From an uncultured Verrucomicrobiae bacterium (lineage in GTDB: Bacteria; Verrucomicrobiota; Verrucomicrobiia; Chthoniobacterales; UBA10450): a stretch of DNA of 64,000 nucleotides. Location: contig CAVSDR010000007.1 of the NCBI GenBank assembly GCA_963726745.1, positions 1 through 64,000 on the forward strand, read 5' to 3'. Below, one piece after another: positions 1-10,806 of this stretch. The position numbers and the translations under genes were made by a program. How positions within the stretch are numbered: position 1 is the first letter of the stretch; the number at the start of each line of letters is the position of its first letter. Under the pieces are notes generated by a model, which was given only the letters and a program-made list of their open reading frames with translations, had not been told where the DNA came from and ran no database searches.

Positions 1-2994
1 TCGCGCGACTGAATCCCGCCATTCCCGAGCGACGCGCGCGAAGAAGCGTTGCGCAAGGTGCTGCGACACGATGCGCCTTCGCTCGTCGGCAACAACCGCG
101 CCTTTCATCAGATGCTGCGCGATGGCGTGCCCGTCGAGTATCGCCGCGACGACGGAAGCATCGCAGGCGATCACGTCCGGCTGATCGACTTCGACAATCC
201 CGAAGCGAACGATTGGCTGGCGGTGAACCAGTTCACCGTCATCGAAGGCCAGAACAATCGCCGGCCGGACATCGTCGTCTTCGTCAACGGGCTGCCGCTC
301 GGGATCATCGAGCTGAAGATTCCGGAAGACACCGACAAATGGTTCGCCGCGGCTTACAACCAGATCCAGACCTACAAGCAGGAGATTCCTTCGTTGATGC
401 ACTACAACGAAGTGACCGTGATCTCCGACGGGCTCGAAGCGCGCATCGGCTCGCTCACGGCGAATCAGGAATGGTTCAAGGTCTGGCGCACGATCGAAGG
501 CGAGTTCGATGCGCCGAAGACGGCGCTGGAGTTGGAGACGCTCGTGCGCGGCGTTTTCGAGAAGCGGCGCTTTCTCGATCTCATCCGCAACTTCATCGTC
601 TTCGAAGACGATCCCGACACCGGCGCGGTGCACAAGCTGATGGCGGGTTATCATCAGTTCCACGCCGTCAAAGCCGCGGTCGATGAAACGATTCGCGCCA
701 CCGGCAAAGACCGGACCGGGGAAGCAGAGGGAACCTATTGGGCGGGCAAGATGCAGGGCGGCGCGGAAGGCGATCGGCGCGTCGGCGTCATCTGGCACAC
801 GCAAGGTTCCGGCAAGAGCTTGTCGATGCTCTTCTACGCCGGCTGCATCATCGAAGAGCCGGCGATGGAGAATCCGACGCTGGTTTTCCTGACCGATCGG
901 AACGACCTGGACGATCAACTCTTCGGCCAGTTCCAGCGTTGCCACGAAATCCTGCGGCAGACTCCGGTGCAGGCGGACTCGGTCGAGCATCTGCGCAAGC
1001 TGCTCAATGTCGCGAGCGGCGGCGTGGTTTTCACCACCATCCAGAAATTCATGCCGGAGGAGAAAGGCGGAGGAATGCGAAGGCTCCGGAGTTATCCAAG
1101 CGCCGCAACATCATCGTGATCGCCGATGAAGCGCACCGCAGCCAATACGACTTGATCGACGGGCTCGCGCGCAATCTGCGCGACTCGCTCCCGAACGCGT
1201 CGTTCATCGGCTTCACCGGCACGCCGATCGAGAAGACCGACGCCAATACGCGCGCGGTCTTCGGCGATTACATCAGCATCTACGACATCCAGCGCGCCGT
1301 GGCCGACAAGGCGACGGTGCCGATCTATTACGAGAGCCGCGTGGCCAAGCTGGGGTTGAACCAAAGCGAGCTGCCGAAGATCGACGAGGAATTCGAAGCG
1401 ATCACCGAAGGCGAAGAGCTGACGCGCAAGGAGAAGCTCAAGACGAAGTGGGCCGCGCTCGAAGCGCTGGTCGGGAATCCGAAGCGGATCGATCTCGTCG
1501 CCGCCGATCTGGTGCAGCACTACGAGCGCCGGCTCGAAGCGATGGAAGGCAAGGCGATGATCGTCTGCATGAGCCGCCGCATCTGCGTGGAGATGTATAA
1601 CGCGATCATCAAGCTGCGCCCCGAATGGGCGAGCGGGCCGAACGACGAAGACAACGGGCAAGTCATGCGTCGCCAAGATCGTCATGACCGGCAGCGCCGA
1701 AGACGGCCCCGATTGGCAGCAGCACATCCGCAACAAAGACAAGCGCCGCGCGCTCGCTGGCCGCTTCAAAGATCCGAAGGACCCGTTCAAGATCGTCATC
1801 GTGCGCGACATGTGGCTGACCGGCTTCGACGCGCCGTCGCTGAGCACGATGTATGTCGACAAGCCGATGCGCGGCCACGGACTCATGCAGGCGATCGCGC
1901 GCGTGAACCGCGTCTTCCGCGACAAGCCGGGCGGCTTGGTCGTCGATTATCTCGGCCTCGCCGATCAACTGAAACAGGCGCTGGCGATCTACACGCAAAG
2001 CGGCGGCAGAGGCAGCCCGAGCATCGACACCGCGGCAGCCATCGCCGTCATGCTGGAGAAGCACGAGATCGCCTGCGGCATGATGCACGGCTTCGATTGG
2101 TCGAACTGGTGCGACGGAACACCCGCGCAGAAGATGGCGCTGCTTCCACCGGCGCAGGAGCACATCCTCCAGCAGGAGAAGGGCAAGGAGCGCTTCGTCC
2201 AGATCGTCACCGAGCTATCGCAAGCCTTCGCCCTGTGCGCCGGCAGCGAAGAAGCGCTCGCGATCCGCGACGACATCGGATTCTTCCAAGCAGTCAAAGC
2301 AGCGCTCGCCAAACCGCGCGGCGAACGGAAGTCATCCGAGAGTCCTCGATCACGCCGTCCGACAGCTCGTCGCAAAAGCGATCGTCCCCGAAGGCGAGAT
2401 CATCGACGTCTTCAGCGCGGCCGGACTCAAGCAACCCGACATCAGCATCCTCTCCGACAGCTTCCTCGCCGAAGTCCGCGGGCTGAAATACAAGAACGTC
2501 GCCGCCGAACTGCTCGCGAAATTGTTGGGCGACGAGATCAAAGTGCGATCGAAGCGAAACCTCGTCCAAAGCCGCGAGTTCTCCGAGATGCTCAAGAAGA
2601 CGCTCAACGCCTATCACAACCGCGCGATCGCCACGCAGGAAGTCATCGAAGAGCTAATCAAGCTCGCCAAAGAGATGAGCGCCGCGACCCAGCGCGGCGT
2701 CGATCTCGGCCTGACGGACGACGAGATCGCATTCTACGACGCCCTCGCCGCGAACAAGTCGCCGTCGAAGCGATGGGCAACGACGAACTCAAAGTCATCG
2801 CCGCCGAACTCGTCACCCAAGTCCGCAAAAGCGTCACCATCGACTGGACCCTACGGGAAAGCGCCCGAGCCAAAATCAAAGTGATGGTCAAACGCATCCT
2901 CCGAAAACACGGCTACCCGCCGGATCTCCAGGACGAAGCCGTCAAAACCGTCCTCGCCCAAGCGGAGCTGCTCTGCGCGGAGTGGGCCGCATAG
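1..2994 (+). CDS. hsdR: Type I restriction-modification system endonuclease subunit R (5' end outside window; about 5 frameshifts)
   Basis: ORF pieces 49-1119, 738-2486, 1684-2994 and 2522-2884 join into Hsd[20 protein letters not shown] nuclease motif, WHTQGSGKS Walker [35 protein letters not shown], and C-terminal [29 protein letters not shown]. Frame changes near 30, 1078, 1660, 2340 and 2755. Confidence 0.95.
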
Positions 2995-3864
2995 TCCTGT
3001 CTCGACCGTGGCGCGGTCTCCCGCTTACCAATCCGTGTTACATCTGTGGCCTAGAAAGCTGGGCAAGAGCTAGAAGCCTTCACGGTATAGCACAGGATCA
3101 GACGCGGAGACAGGGTCGTGTTTCGTGGGGATACGACCACACTTCCCGGGGACGTGACCATGATATGGGAAACCGCCACTGCAGGACGCCGGTGTTTGGT
3201 TGGGGGACGTCGAGAGGTGGGCGCGCTTCGTCGTGATGTGATCTGGACGCTGGAGAGTTGAGTGCGCTACAGGGAGGCCCGCCCAGGGTTGGACGGGTTG
3301 TGCTCCAAGAGTCGGCCACTTGGGACTTGTCTTAGGCTGGCCGGACCGCGGTCGCACGCACTCGGATCGGTTTGCGTAGTGCCGTGGCCGGGTTCGGCCA
3401 AAAACTCCCCAGGTTCTGGCGGGTTTTGCTCTCATTTCTGCGAATCCTGATCGCGACGGGTGGCGGGGTGGTTGCGTTTTGCGGTCGTGAACGGCTTTCG
3501 AAAAATATAATTTCGAGAAAATGCCGGCTCTTTTCCGGGAGCTCTGCGCGGGGTGTCAACAGGTGCCTAACGACGAGTCAGCTCGCGCGGGCCGGGCGGG
3601 CCAAAAATCGTTCAGGGCGATGAATTTGCCGAAACGCGGCAGGGCCCGGGAGGGCGGTGTCAGGTGGGTGTTTAATTATTTTACACTGACCTAACGAGAC
3701 CAGTGCAGGTCGGGAGGCCCGGCAACGGTTGACTCGTTAGGTAGTGGCACGGGCAAAGCTTTCCCGGAAAAGCACGGAAAGATGGCGGTAATAATTTCGA
3801 GCCAACACGGCAAGAGTGCCGCCACCCCCTCCCACGCGACTGGAAAGCGCGTTAGCAGAAAATA

Positions 3865-4497
3865 ATGAACACGATCAACCATGGATACTACCCGCGCGTG
3901 GCGCGGCGCTACGCCACCCTCCCGGTGAGCGTCCTGATCACCTTCCTCCGGAACGTGATCGCGATGATGACGGGGAACGCCTCGTTCTCCGACCCGACTC
4001 CGACCCTCGCGGTGATGATCGCGGCGGTGAATGACCTGGAGCTAAAGGCGCAGGATGCGCTCAATGGCGGCAAGTTGGAATTGGTCGCGCGGCGCGCGGC
4101 GGAGACGACCACGCTGTCGCTCGCGCGGCAGCTGGGCAACTACGTGGAGTCGATCAGCAACGGCGACCTGGAAGTGCTCCTTAGCTCCGGCTTTGAGCCG
4201 GTGCGGGCGCCCTCGCCATCGGTGGTTCCCGGGACCCCAACTGATCCCGTGCTGAGCCATACCGGGGTGAGCGGCGAGCTCTTCTTCCGCTTCGGCGGCG
4301 AGGCGAACGTGCGCAACTTCTCGATCCAATACGCGGAAGCGCCCACCGGTCCCTGGACCGATCACGGGCTCTCCTCGAGCTCGCGCGTGCTCCTGGAGCA
4401 TCTCACTCCCGGGAAGACCTACTGGGCCCGGGCCTGCGCGAACGGCGCCGCCGGGACGAGCGACTGGTGCACCCCGGCCAGCCTGATGGCGATCTAA
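3865..4497 (+). CDS. Fibronectin type III domain-containing protein (helical N-terminus, no signal peptide)
   Basis: 210-aa ORF with GC-rich codon bias. C-terminal LEHLTPGKTYWARACANGAAGTSDW is an Fn3 signature. Confidence 0.8.
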   Translation: MNTINHGYYPRVARRYATLPVSVLITFLRNVIAMMTGNASFSDPTPTLAVMIAAVNDLELKAQDALNGGKLELVARRAAETTTLSLARQLGNYVESISNGDLEVLLSSGFEPVRAPSPSVVPGTPTDPVLSHTGVSGELFFRFGGEANVRNFSIQYAEAPTGPWTDHGLSSSSRVLLEHLTPGKTYWARACANGAAGTSDWCTPASLMAI

Positions 4498-4529
4498 AGG
4501 GTCTCCCAGCCCAGCCCCGTAATCGGGGC

Positions 4530-4570
4530 AAAAAGAAAACGGCGACTGCCTTGGCGCAGCCGCCGTTTTT
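4530..4570. terminator. Probable bidirectional intrinsic terminator
   Basis: AAAACGGCG-actgc...gcagc-CGCCGTTTTT hairpin with A-run and T-run, between convergent genes. Confidence 0.7.
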
Positions 4571-4614
4571 GTTGTGCGCCCGCCCGCGAGCAGGTGCGGG
4601 AAATTGCCGGCGCC

Positions 4615-4785
4615 TTACAGCTTACCCATCACCAGGAGGATAATGAGAATGACGAGGAGCAGGCCGCCGGGGCCGTAGTAGTAGCCGCCGCCAGCGAAGC
4701 CGCCGCCGCCGATGGCCAGGATGAGGAGGATGATGAGGATGATGCCGAGCGTGCTGAGCGCGAGCGTGCGTGGTGCGAGTTTCAT
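4615..4785 (-). CDS. Small membrane protein, DUF3309-like (56 aa, not in the ORF track)
   Basis: Manual translation MKLAPRTLALSTLGIILIILLILAIGGGGFAGGGYYYGPGGLLLVILIILLVMGKL: two hydrophobic helices around a Gly/Tyr 'YGPGG' loop. Confidence 0.75.
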   Translation of the reverse strand: MKLAPRTLALSTLGIILIILLILAIGGGGFAGGGYYYGPGGLLLVILIILLVMGKL

Positions 4786-5041
4786 GGGGCCTTGGTCTCA
4801 GGTTCGTTAGGCCTTGTCAATCCCTCTGGCTGAGGGGCGCGGGAATTTAGCCAGCAGCCGGTAGCAGCGGCGCCGTCGTCGATCGCCGCACGGGGTGCGC
4901 TCTGGTGCGGGCCAGCCGCCGGACGCCTCGAGGCAGCGAGGCGCCTACCGGGCGGCCATCGAAATTCGAAAATCAAAATTCCAAAACTCCCCCGCCCCTT
5001 TCCGTTTTCCAAGCGCCCTGCTTTGCGTAGCGTTCCGCGCC

Positions 5042-6137
5042 ATGTTCTTCACCCCGCGTTACGTCAAGCACAGCCGCCTCCTCTTGCGGCACGCGCAGAA
5101 GTATCTGCGTTACAAGCAGGATATCCTGAGCGAGCCGGAGCGGGCCAGCATCCAGGAGCGGATCGCCGCGCTCGACGCCGCGCTGCGCGCGAAAAATGGC
5201 GACCGGATCAAGGCCGAGGCGGAGGTGCTGGACAAGCGCCTGCACGATCATACCCCGGTCACCTGGGAATCGCACTGGCGGGAGAACTGCGAGGTGATCC
5301 TGGTGGCCATCCTCGTGGCCGTGGGCATTCGCTCTTACTTCCTCCAGCCGTTCAAGATTCCCACGGGCTCGATGCAGCCGACGCTTAACGGCATCATCGG
5401 CCGGCCGATGACCGAGCTGCCGCCAAACCTCTTCGTGCAGGTGGCGGATTTCGTCCTCCGCGGACGCAATTACATCAATGTGGTCGCGGAAAACGATGGC
5501 CGCGTGCTCCAGATCACGCCGCGAAAGTTTGGCTTCTTCTTCACCTTCTCGACCATCTCGATGGATCGCGAGACGCACACCGGTCTACGCCGCGCCGGAT
5601 ACTTTGCGGCAGGATTTCAAGGTCACGCCCGGCCGCTATTTCCGCCGCGGGGAAGTGATCGCACGCGGCGCGGTCGACACCGGCGACCAGGTCTTCGTGG
5701 ACAAGTTTTCCTACAACTTCGTGAAGCCGCATCGCGGCGATGTCTTCGTCTTCCGGACGGATCACATCTCGATGATCGCGGCCGACCCGGAGACCGGCGC
5801 GCCTTTCTACATCAAGCGCCTGGCGGGCTTGCCTAACGACCAGTTGCGCGTCGACCCGCCGCTGCTGTATGCGAACGGGAAAGTCGCCGAGGGCCTGGGC
5901 TTTGCGCGCGTGATGAGCGCGAAGGATGGCTACCGTGGCTATGCCGCCGGGCGCGATCACCTGGGCGATCCCAGCCGCGGCTACACCGTCCCGGGCGATT
6001 CCTACTTCGCGATGGGCGACAACAGCTACAACAGTTTCGATAGCCGCTACTGGGGGCCGGTGCCGCAGGAGAACCTGGTCGGCCGCGGGCTCCTGGTTTA
6101 CTGGCCTTTCATCCCGCACTGGGGTTTGATTCGTTAG
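5042..6137 (+). CDS. lepB: Signal peptidase I (one frameshift near 5580)
   Basis: QPFKIPTGSMQPTL (catalytic Ser), FYIKRLAGLP (catalytic Lys) and MGDNSYNSFDSRYWG, split over ORFs 4895-5836 and 5478-6137. Confidence 0.93.
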
Positions 6138-6145
6138 GCAGCGAG

Positions 6146-7321
6146 ATGTTCGACGCCGCGCCGCGCCTGTATCCGCTGCTGGCTTTCGGCGCCGGCTATT
6201 TGCTGGTGCTCTTTTTCAATCCGGTGCGCCTGGCGCTGCGCGATGGCTTCCGCTGCATCGTCCGCTTCAAACGCATCTGGCTGGCCTTTGTCCTCCTGGG
6301 GTTGGCCTACTCCGCGCTTCGTTTCCTGACCTTTGCCCCATTCCAGAGCGCGGCGCTCGACCTCCGGCAACTGAGCGCGCCGGCCGGCTGGACCTGGCCG
6401 CGGCTGGCGGATGTCTGGCGGGAGACGCCACTTCCGGCGGTGGAAGGCGTCGCCGGCATTTTCGACAACGCGACCACGACTTATCCGCTCTCGGTCCTGG
6501 CGGCGGTGCTGCTGCTCTTTAACTGGCGCGGTTTACACAGCACTTTGTTGCAGGCGCTGCGGCGGCGCTTCCAGCTTTGGAGTTACCTGATCTACCTCCT
6601 GCTGGTCCTGAGCGCGATCGCTTCGCTCTTCAAGCCGATCGTCTTCTGGCGGCTGCCGGTTTGGCGCACCGTCCTGCCGGAGCAGATGCTTTTCCAAACC
6701 GCGGCCTCGGTCGATGCGGTCTCCTTCGTCTTTGAGTATCTCGTGGGCGTTTACCTGCAGGTTTACCTGATCACGGTTTGCCTGGCCTGGATCAAAGGCT
6801 TGAGCTTTACCGAAGTGGGCTTGCTCCAGTTTGCGGTGCGCCGTTTTACCTATGTGCTCAAGTGGGCCGGCCTGGTGATTTTAGCCAGCACTTTGATCGT
6901 GCGCGCTCCCCTGCTCCTGGCCTACTTCGTGGATCTGCCCGGCGTGCTCGATTACCAGGAGTTCGAGCGCTATCTCATGAGCGCGCTCCTGCTCGGGTTC
7001 TGCTCGGTGCAGATCTCGCTCGTGCTGCACAATGAAAGCCTGCGCGACGCCTTTCGCGCGCACGGGCAATTCCTCCGGCGCAACCTCGTGCGCTTCGGCT
7101 GGTTCGTGCTCGTGGCGGGCTTGCACTTCCTCCTGCTGGCGGCCTGCGACGCGCTCGTGCGCGGAGCGATTGCCGACCGCACGCTCGCGCTCGTCCTTTG
7201 GAAGGTGCTGTATATTTGCGCGCGCGGCTTTGTCACCGGCTGGCTCCTGGCCTCGTGGGTTTGCCTTTTCCGGCAATGCGAAACCGGGCGGATCAACCAG
7301 GAAACGTGGATCCAATACTAG
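6146..7321 (+). CDS. Hypothetical polytopic membrane protein
   Basis: 391-aa ORF with many hydrophobic segments, tightly packed between lepB and hpnD. Confidence 0.8.
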   Translation: MFDAAPRLYPLLAFGAGYLLVLFFNPVRLALRDGFRCIVRFKRIWLAFVLLGLAYSALRFLTFAPFQSAALDLRQLSAPAGWTWPRLADVWRETPLPAVEGVAGIFDNATTTYPLSVLAAVLLLFNWRGLHSTLLQALRRRFQLWSYLIYLLLVLSAIASLFKPIVFWRLPVWRTVLPEQMLFQTAASVDAVSFVFEYLVGVYLQVYLITVCLAWIKGLSFTEVGLLQFAVRRFTYVLKWAGLVILASTLIVRAPLLLAYFVDLPGVLDYQEFERYLMSALLLGFCSVQISLVLHNESLRDAFRAHGQFLRRNLVRFGWFVLVAGLHFLLLAACDALVRGAIADRTLALVLWKVLYICARGFVTGWLLASWVCLFRQCETGRINQETWIQY

Positions 7322-7324
7322 CCG

Positions 7325-8143
7325 GTGGACGCGCAAAAGATCACCCAGCGAAGCAAGTCGAACCTGGCCCTGGCCTTTGTCTCGTTAGGCAAGGAGCAGC
7401 GGGCGGACATCACCACCTTCTACGCTTTTTGCCGGGTGGTCGACGACCTGGCGGACAGCGAGGAGCTGCCGCTGGAGGAAAAGCGCGCCGGCCTGGCCGC
7501 CTGGCGCCGCTGGCTGCGCGCGCCGGCAGCGGGCGAGGATTCGTTAGCCAGCGAGATGCGCGCGCTCCAGGCGAAGTATCCGATCACGCCGGAGATGCTG
7601 GAGGAGATCATCGCGGGCGTGGAGATGGATCTCGCGATCACGCGCTACGCGACCTGGGATGAGCTGCGACTTTATTGCTATCGCGTGGCCAGCGCCGTGG
7701 GGCTGGTGAGCATCGAGATCTTCGGCTACCGCGATCCCCGCTGCCGCGAGTATGCGGTCGCGCTCGGGCTGGCCTTGCAAACCACGAACATCATCCGCGA
7801 TGTCGGCAAGGACATGCGGCTGGGGCGGATCTACCTGCCGCAGGAAGAGCTGGCGCGCTTCGGTTACGCCGAGGCGGAGCTGCTCGCGGCGAAGCGGACG
7901 CCGGCGTTCCTGGAGCTGATGCAATTCCAAGCCGAGCGCTCGCGCGCGTTTTACCGTGAAGCGGCCGCGCTCCTCCCGCCGGAGGATCGGCGCGCCATGG
8001 TCGCGGCGGAGATCATGGCCTCGGTCTACGGGACGCTCCTGCGGCGGATCGAGGCGGATGGCTTCCATGTCTTCGAGAAGGAATACCGACTCAATCGGCT
8101 GACTAAATCCGCGCTCGTCCTGCGGCGGCTACTCTTTCGGTGA
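7325..8143 (+). CDS. hpnD: Squalene/phytoene synthase family protein (presqualene diphosphate synthase-like)
   Basis: YAFCRVVDDLAD, YCYRVASAVG and LQTTNIIRDVGKD..GRIYLP motifs. Confidence 0.85.
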   Translation: MDAQKITQRSKSNLALAFVSLGKEQRADITTFYAFCRVVDDLADSEELPLEEKRAGLAAWRRWLRAPAAGEDSLASEMRALQAKYPITPEMLEEIIAGVEMDLAITRYATWDELRLYCYRVASAVGLVSIEIFGYRDPRCREYAVALGLALQTTNIIRDVGKDMRLGRIYLPQEELARFGYAEAELLAAKRTPAFLELMQFQAERSRAFYREAAALLPPEDRRAMVAAEIMASVYGTLLRRIEADGFHVFEKEYRLNRLTKSALVLRRLLFR

Positions 8144-8251
8144 GCGCCGCAGGTGAATAGCGGCCGCGGTTTTTCGTCGGAAAAAGGGGACAACACCGAG
8201 GCCTCATCCGATTGGACATGAGAGGCAAAGTTGTCCTCCAACATTATACAT

Positions 8252-8644
8252 ATGAAAAAAATGACCTCCATCGCCGTCATGGCGACCGCTCTCGGGGCGC
8301 TCGCCTTGACCTCTTGTGAAACTCCCACCGGCCAGGGCGCCGGCTTCGGCGCCGCCACCGGCGCGATCATCGGTGGCGCGGCCACCGGCAACGTCCGGGG
8401 CGCCGCCATCGGCGCCGGTATCGGCGCGGGCACGGGCGCTCTCATCGGCGCCGCAGTCGAAGCCGACCAGCGCGGTTACTACGAAGGCCAGCCAGTGAGC
8501 GATTATCCGTATGGCCGCCGCACCGGCCAACCCGGGTTCCTCCGCAGTCCCTACCCGCCGCACGCGGTCGTGAACACCCGTGGTATCCCGCGCGGCGCGC
8601 TCGTGCGTGATCCGGCGACCGGCCGCGTCTTCCGCAAGCCGTAA
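8252..8644 (+). CDS. Glycine-zipper lipoprotein
   Basis: Lipobox LTSC after a hydrophobic signal; GAGFGAATGAIIGG...GAAIGAGIGAGTGALIG glycine zipper. Confidence 0.85.
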   Translation: MKKMTSIAVMATALGALALTSCETPTGQGAGFGAATGAIIGGAATGNVRGAAIGAGIGAGTGALIGAAVEADQRGYYEGQPVSDYPYGRRTGQPGFLRSPYPPHAVVNTRGIPRGALVRDPATGRVFRKP

Positions 8645-8673
8645 GCACTCGCCTTTAACAAGAGAAATTAGCC

Positions 8674-8717
8674 AGCGGGCTGATTCGGCACCGGCCGGGT
8701 CAGCCCGCTTTTTCTTT
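8674..8717 (+). terminator. Intrinsic terminator
   Basis: AGCGGGCTGA...TCAGCCCGCT stem followed by TTTTCTTT. Confidence 0.75.
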
Positions 8718-8799
8718 GCCGGGCGTCGATCAGAAGCGGGAGCTGATCATGGCTCCGCGCCTCGACGCAGCGAGGCGGCTACAGGAAGGTCGCGCGCGT

Positions 8800-10269
8800 C
8801 TAGTTCGCCCGCTTTTGCAAGGCATCGACCAGCCGCTGGGCTTCTTCCGTCATCTTTACCAACTCGGGCCATTCGCGGTGGTAGTTTTCCCCGGGCAACT
8901 TCCGGGTGGCGTCGAAGCCCATGTGCGACCCGATATTCTGCGTGCTCGGGGCGTGGTCTAACGAGTCCGCGGGGTTGCGAATGATCGTGCTATCGCGCGC
9001 CGGATCGGTATTCGCGCAAAGCCGGAAGAGCACCTCGCTGGTGTTATGCACGTCGCAGTCTTCGTCGACCACGATGATGTATTTGCTGAACATCATCTGC
9101 CCCATGCCCCAGAGGCCGTGCATCACCTTGTAGGCCTGGTAGGGATATTGCTTCCGGATGCTGACGAAGACGAGGTTATGGAAAACGCCTTCCGCCGGCA
9201 GGGTCATGTCGACCAGCTCCGGGAAGTTCATCCGGAAGACCGGCAGGAAGACGCGCACGCTGGCGTCGCCCATGTAGAAGTCTTCCATCGGCGGGATGCC
9301 GACGATGGTCGCGGGATAGACGGCATCCTTTCGATGCGTGATCGCGGTCAGGTGAAAGACCGGGTAATCCTCGACCGCGGTGTAAAAGCCGGTGTGATCG
9401 CCGAACGGCCCCTCAGCACGCGACTCGTTAGGCTGCACGTAACCTTCGAGGACGAAGTCGACATCCGCCGGGACCTCGAGGTCGATCGTCTTGCACTTCA
9501 CCAGCTCGACCGATTTCTTGCGGATGAAGCCGGCGAAGAGGATCTCATCGAGCCCGTCGGGCAACGGCGCGGTCGCGGCGAATGTATAAGCCGGATCGCC
9601 CCCGAGCGTGACCGCCACCGGCATCCGCTCGCCGCGATCGTAATAGCTCTTCCCGTGGCGCGCTCCAACCTTGTGCACCTGCCAATGCATCCCGGTGGTC
9701 TGCCCGTCGTAGACCTGCATGCGATACATCCCGAGGTTTCGCTCGCCCGTCTCCGGGTCGCGCGTGTGCACATTCGGCAGGGTGACGAAGCGGCCGCCAT
9801 CCTTTGGCCAGCACTTCAGGATCGGGAGATCGGCTAACGAGAAGTCGCTGTCTGTTTCCCGGAGATGCACCACTTCCTGGCAGGCGCCTTCACGCACATG
9901 CTTTGGCCGGGCATGGAGCAAGTTCAGGCCTTGCTTGAGCAGGCTCCAGCCTTCGCGCAGATCGGTCGGCGGCTTGGCCTTGAGGATGAGCTGAATCTCC
10001 TGCTGGAGATCGGCCACGCTCTCGAGCTTCAACGCCATCGCCATCCGGCGGGTCGAGCCCATGGTGTTGATCGCGAGCGGAAACTTCGACGGGCGGCCAT
10101 CGATCAGCGGCTGCTCGAACAGGAGCGCCTTGCCGCCGCCGGGTGACTTCATCTCGCGATTCGCCCACTCCGCGATCAGCAGATCGGTCTCAACCGGGAA
10201 AGGAACGCGCCGCAGTTCCCCCGCCCGCTCCAACGCCTGCACGAACTGGCCGAAAGAAGAGTAAGCCAC
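8800..10269 (-). CDS. UbiD family decarboxylase (menaquinone-biosynthesis type)
   Basis: 489 aa; WPKDGGRFVT, RNLGMYRMQ, EGPFGDHTGFY and GIPPMED motifs. Confidence 0.92.
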   Translation of the reverse strand: MAYSSFGQFVQALERAGELRRVPFPVETDLLIAEWANREMKSPGGGKALLFEQPLIDGRPSKFPLAINTMGSTRRMAMALKLESVADLQQEIQLILKAKPPTDLREGWSLLKQGLNLLHARPKHVREGACQEVVHLRETDSDFSLADLPILKCWPKDGGRFVTLPNVHTRDPETGERNLGMYRMQVYDGQTTGMHWQVHKVGARHGKSYYDRGERMPVAVTLGGDPAYTFAATAPLPDGLDEILFAGFIRKKSVELVKCKTIDLEVPADVDFVLEGYVQPNESRAEGPFGDHTGFYTAVEDYPVFHLTAITHRKDAVYPATIVGIPPMEDFYMGDASVRVFLPVFRMNFPELVDMTLPAEGVFHNLVFVSIRKQYPYQAYKVMHGLWGMGQMMFSKYIIVVDEDCDVHNTSEVLFRLCANTDPARDSTIIRNPADSLDHAPSTQNIGSHMGFDATRKLPGENYHREWPELVKMTEEAQRLVDALQKRAN

Positions 10270-10287
10270 AGCCGTGCGCGCGCGCCT

Positions 10288-10806
10288 TTAGTAAAACCGA
10301 GGCGCGGGCAGGAACTGGAACGCAATCACGCGCCCGTTATCGAAAGAGACCGTGCGCTCGGGGTAGCGCACGAGATTAGCGTGATTGTAGAACCACGGAT
10401 CGTAGAACGGGTCGTAGTAGAAGTGGTGCCGCCCGAGCCGGCCGCGTCCGTAGCGGCCGCCGTAGAAGCCAAAGCCGACGCCGTAACCGTAGGGCTGGCC
10501 GTAGAGAAAGGGCCCATTGTAGTCGCCCGCCGAGGTCGCATCGTAGACCCAGGTCTCGACCAGGCGGCCACGATTGCGCCCCGGGACGCGATGGCTCGGC
10601 GGGCCCCAGGCGATGTAGACCGCATCGCGCGAAAAGCCTTCACGAATCTTGCCTTCCTGCACGAGGGCCTGGTCGCGTTCCGAGAGGCTGCGAAAAGCCT
10701 GCGGCTTTTCCTGGATGCGGGTCTCGATCGTGGTGCAACCAGCGAGGAGCAAGCTGCAGAAAACCGCGCCGACGAGCAGCGCCTGGCGGAAGATGCGACG
10801 CTTCAT
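10288..10806 (-). CDS. Hypothetical lipoprotein
   Basis: Lipobox LAGC; REGFSRDAVYIAWGPP resembles SmpA/OmlA-like small lipoproteins. Confidence 0.75.
   Translation of the reverse strand: MKRRIFRQALLVGAVFCSLLLAGCTTIETRIQEKPQAFRSLSERDQALVQEGKIREGFSRDAVYIAWGPPSHRVPGRNRGRLVETWVYDATSAGDYNGPFLYGQPYGYGVGFGFYGGRYGRGRLGRHHFYYDPFYDPWFYNHANLVRYPERTVSFDNGRVIAFQFLPAPRFY

Noticed and set aside
2995..3560. Short ORFs or an IS remnant downstream of hsdR
   Set aside because: No recognisable protein motifs, terminal inverted repeats or coding-type codon bias.
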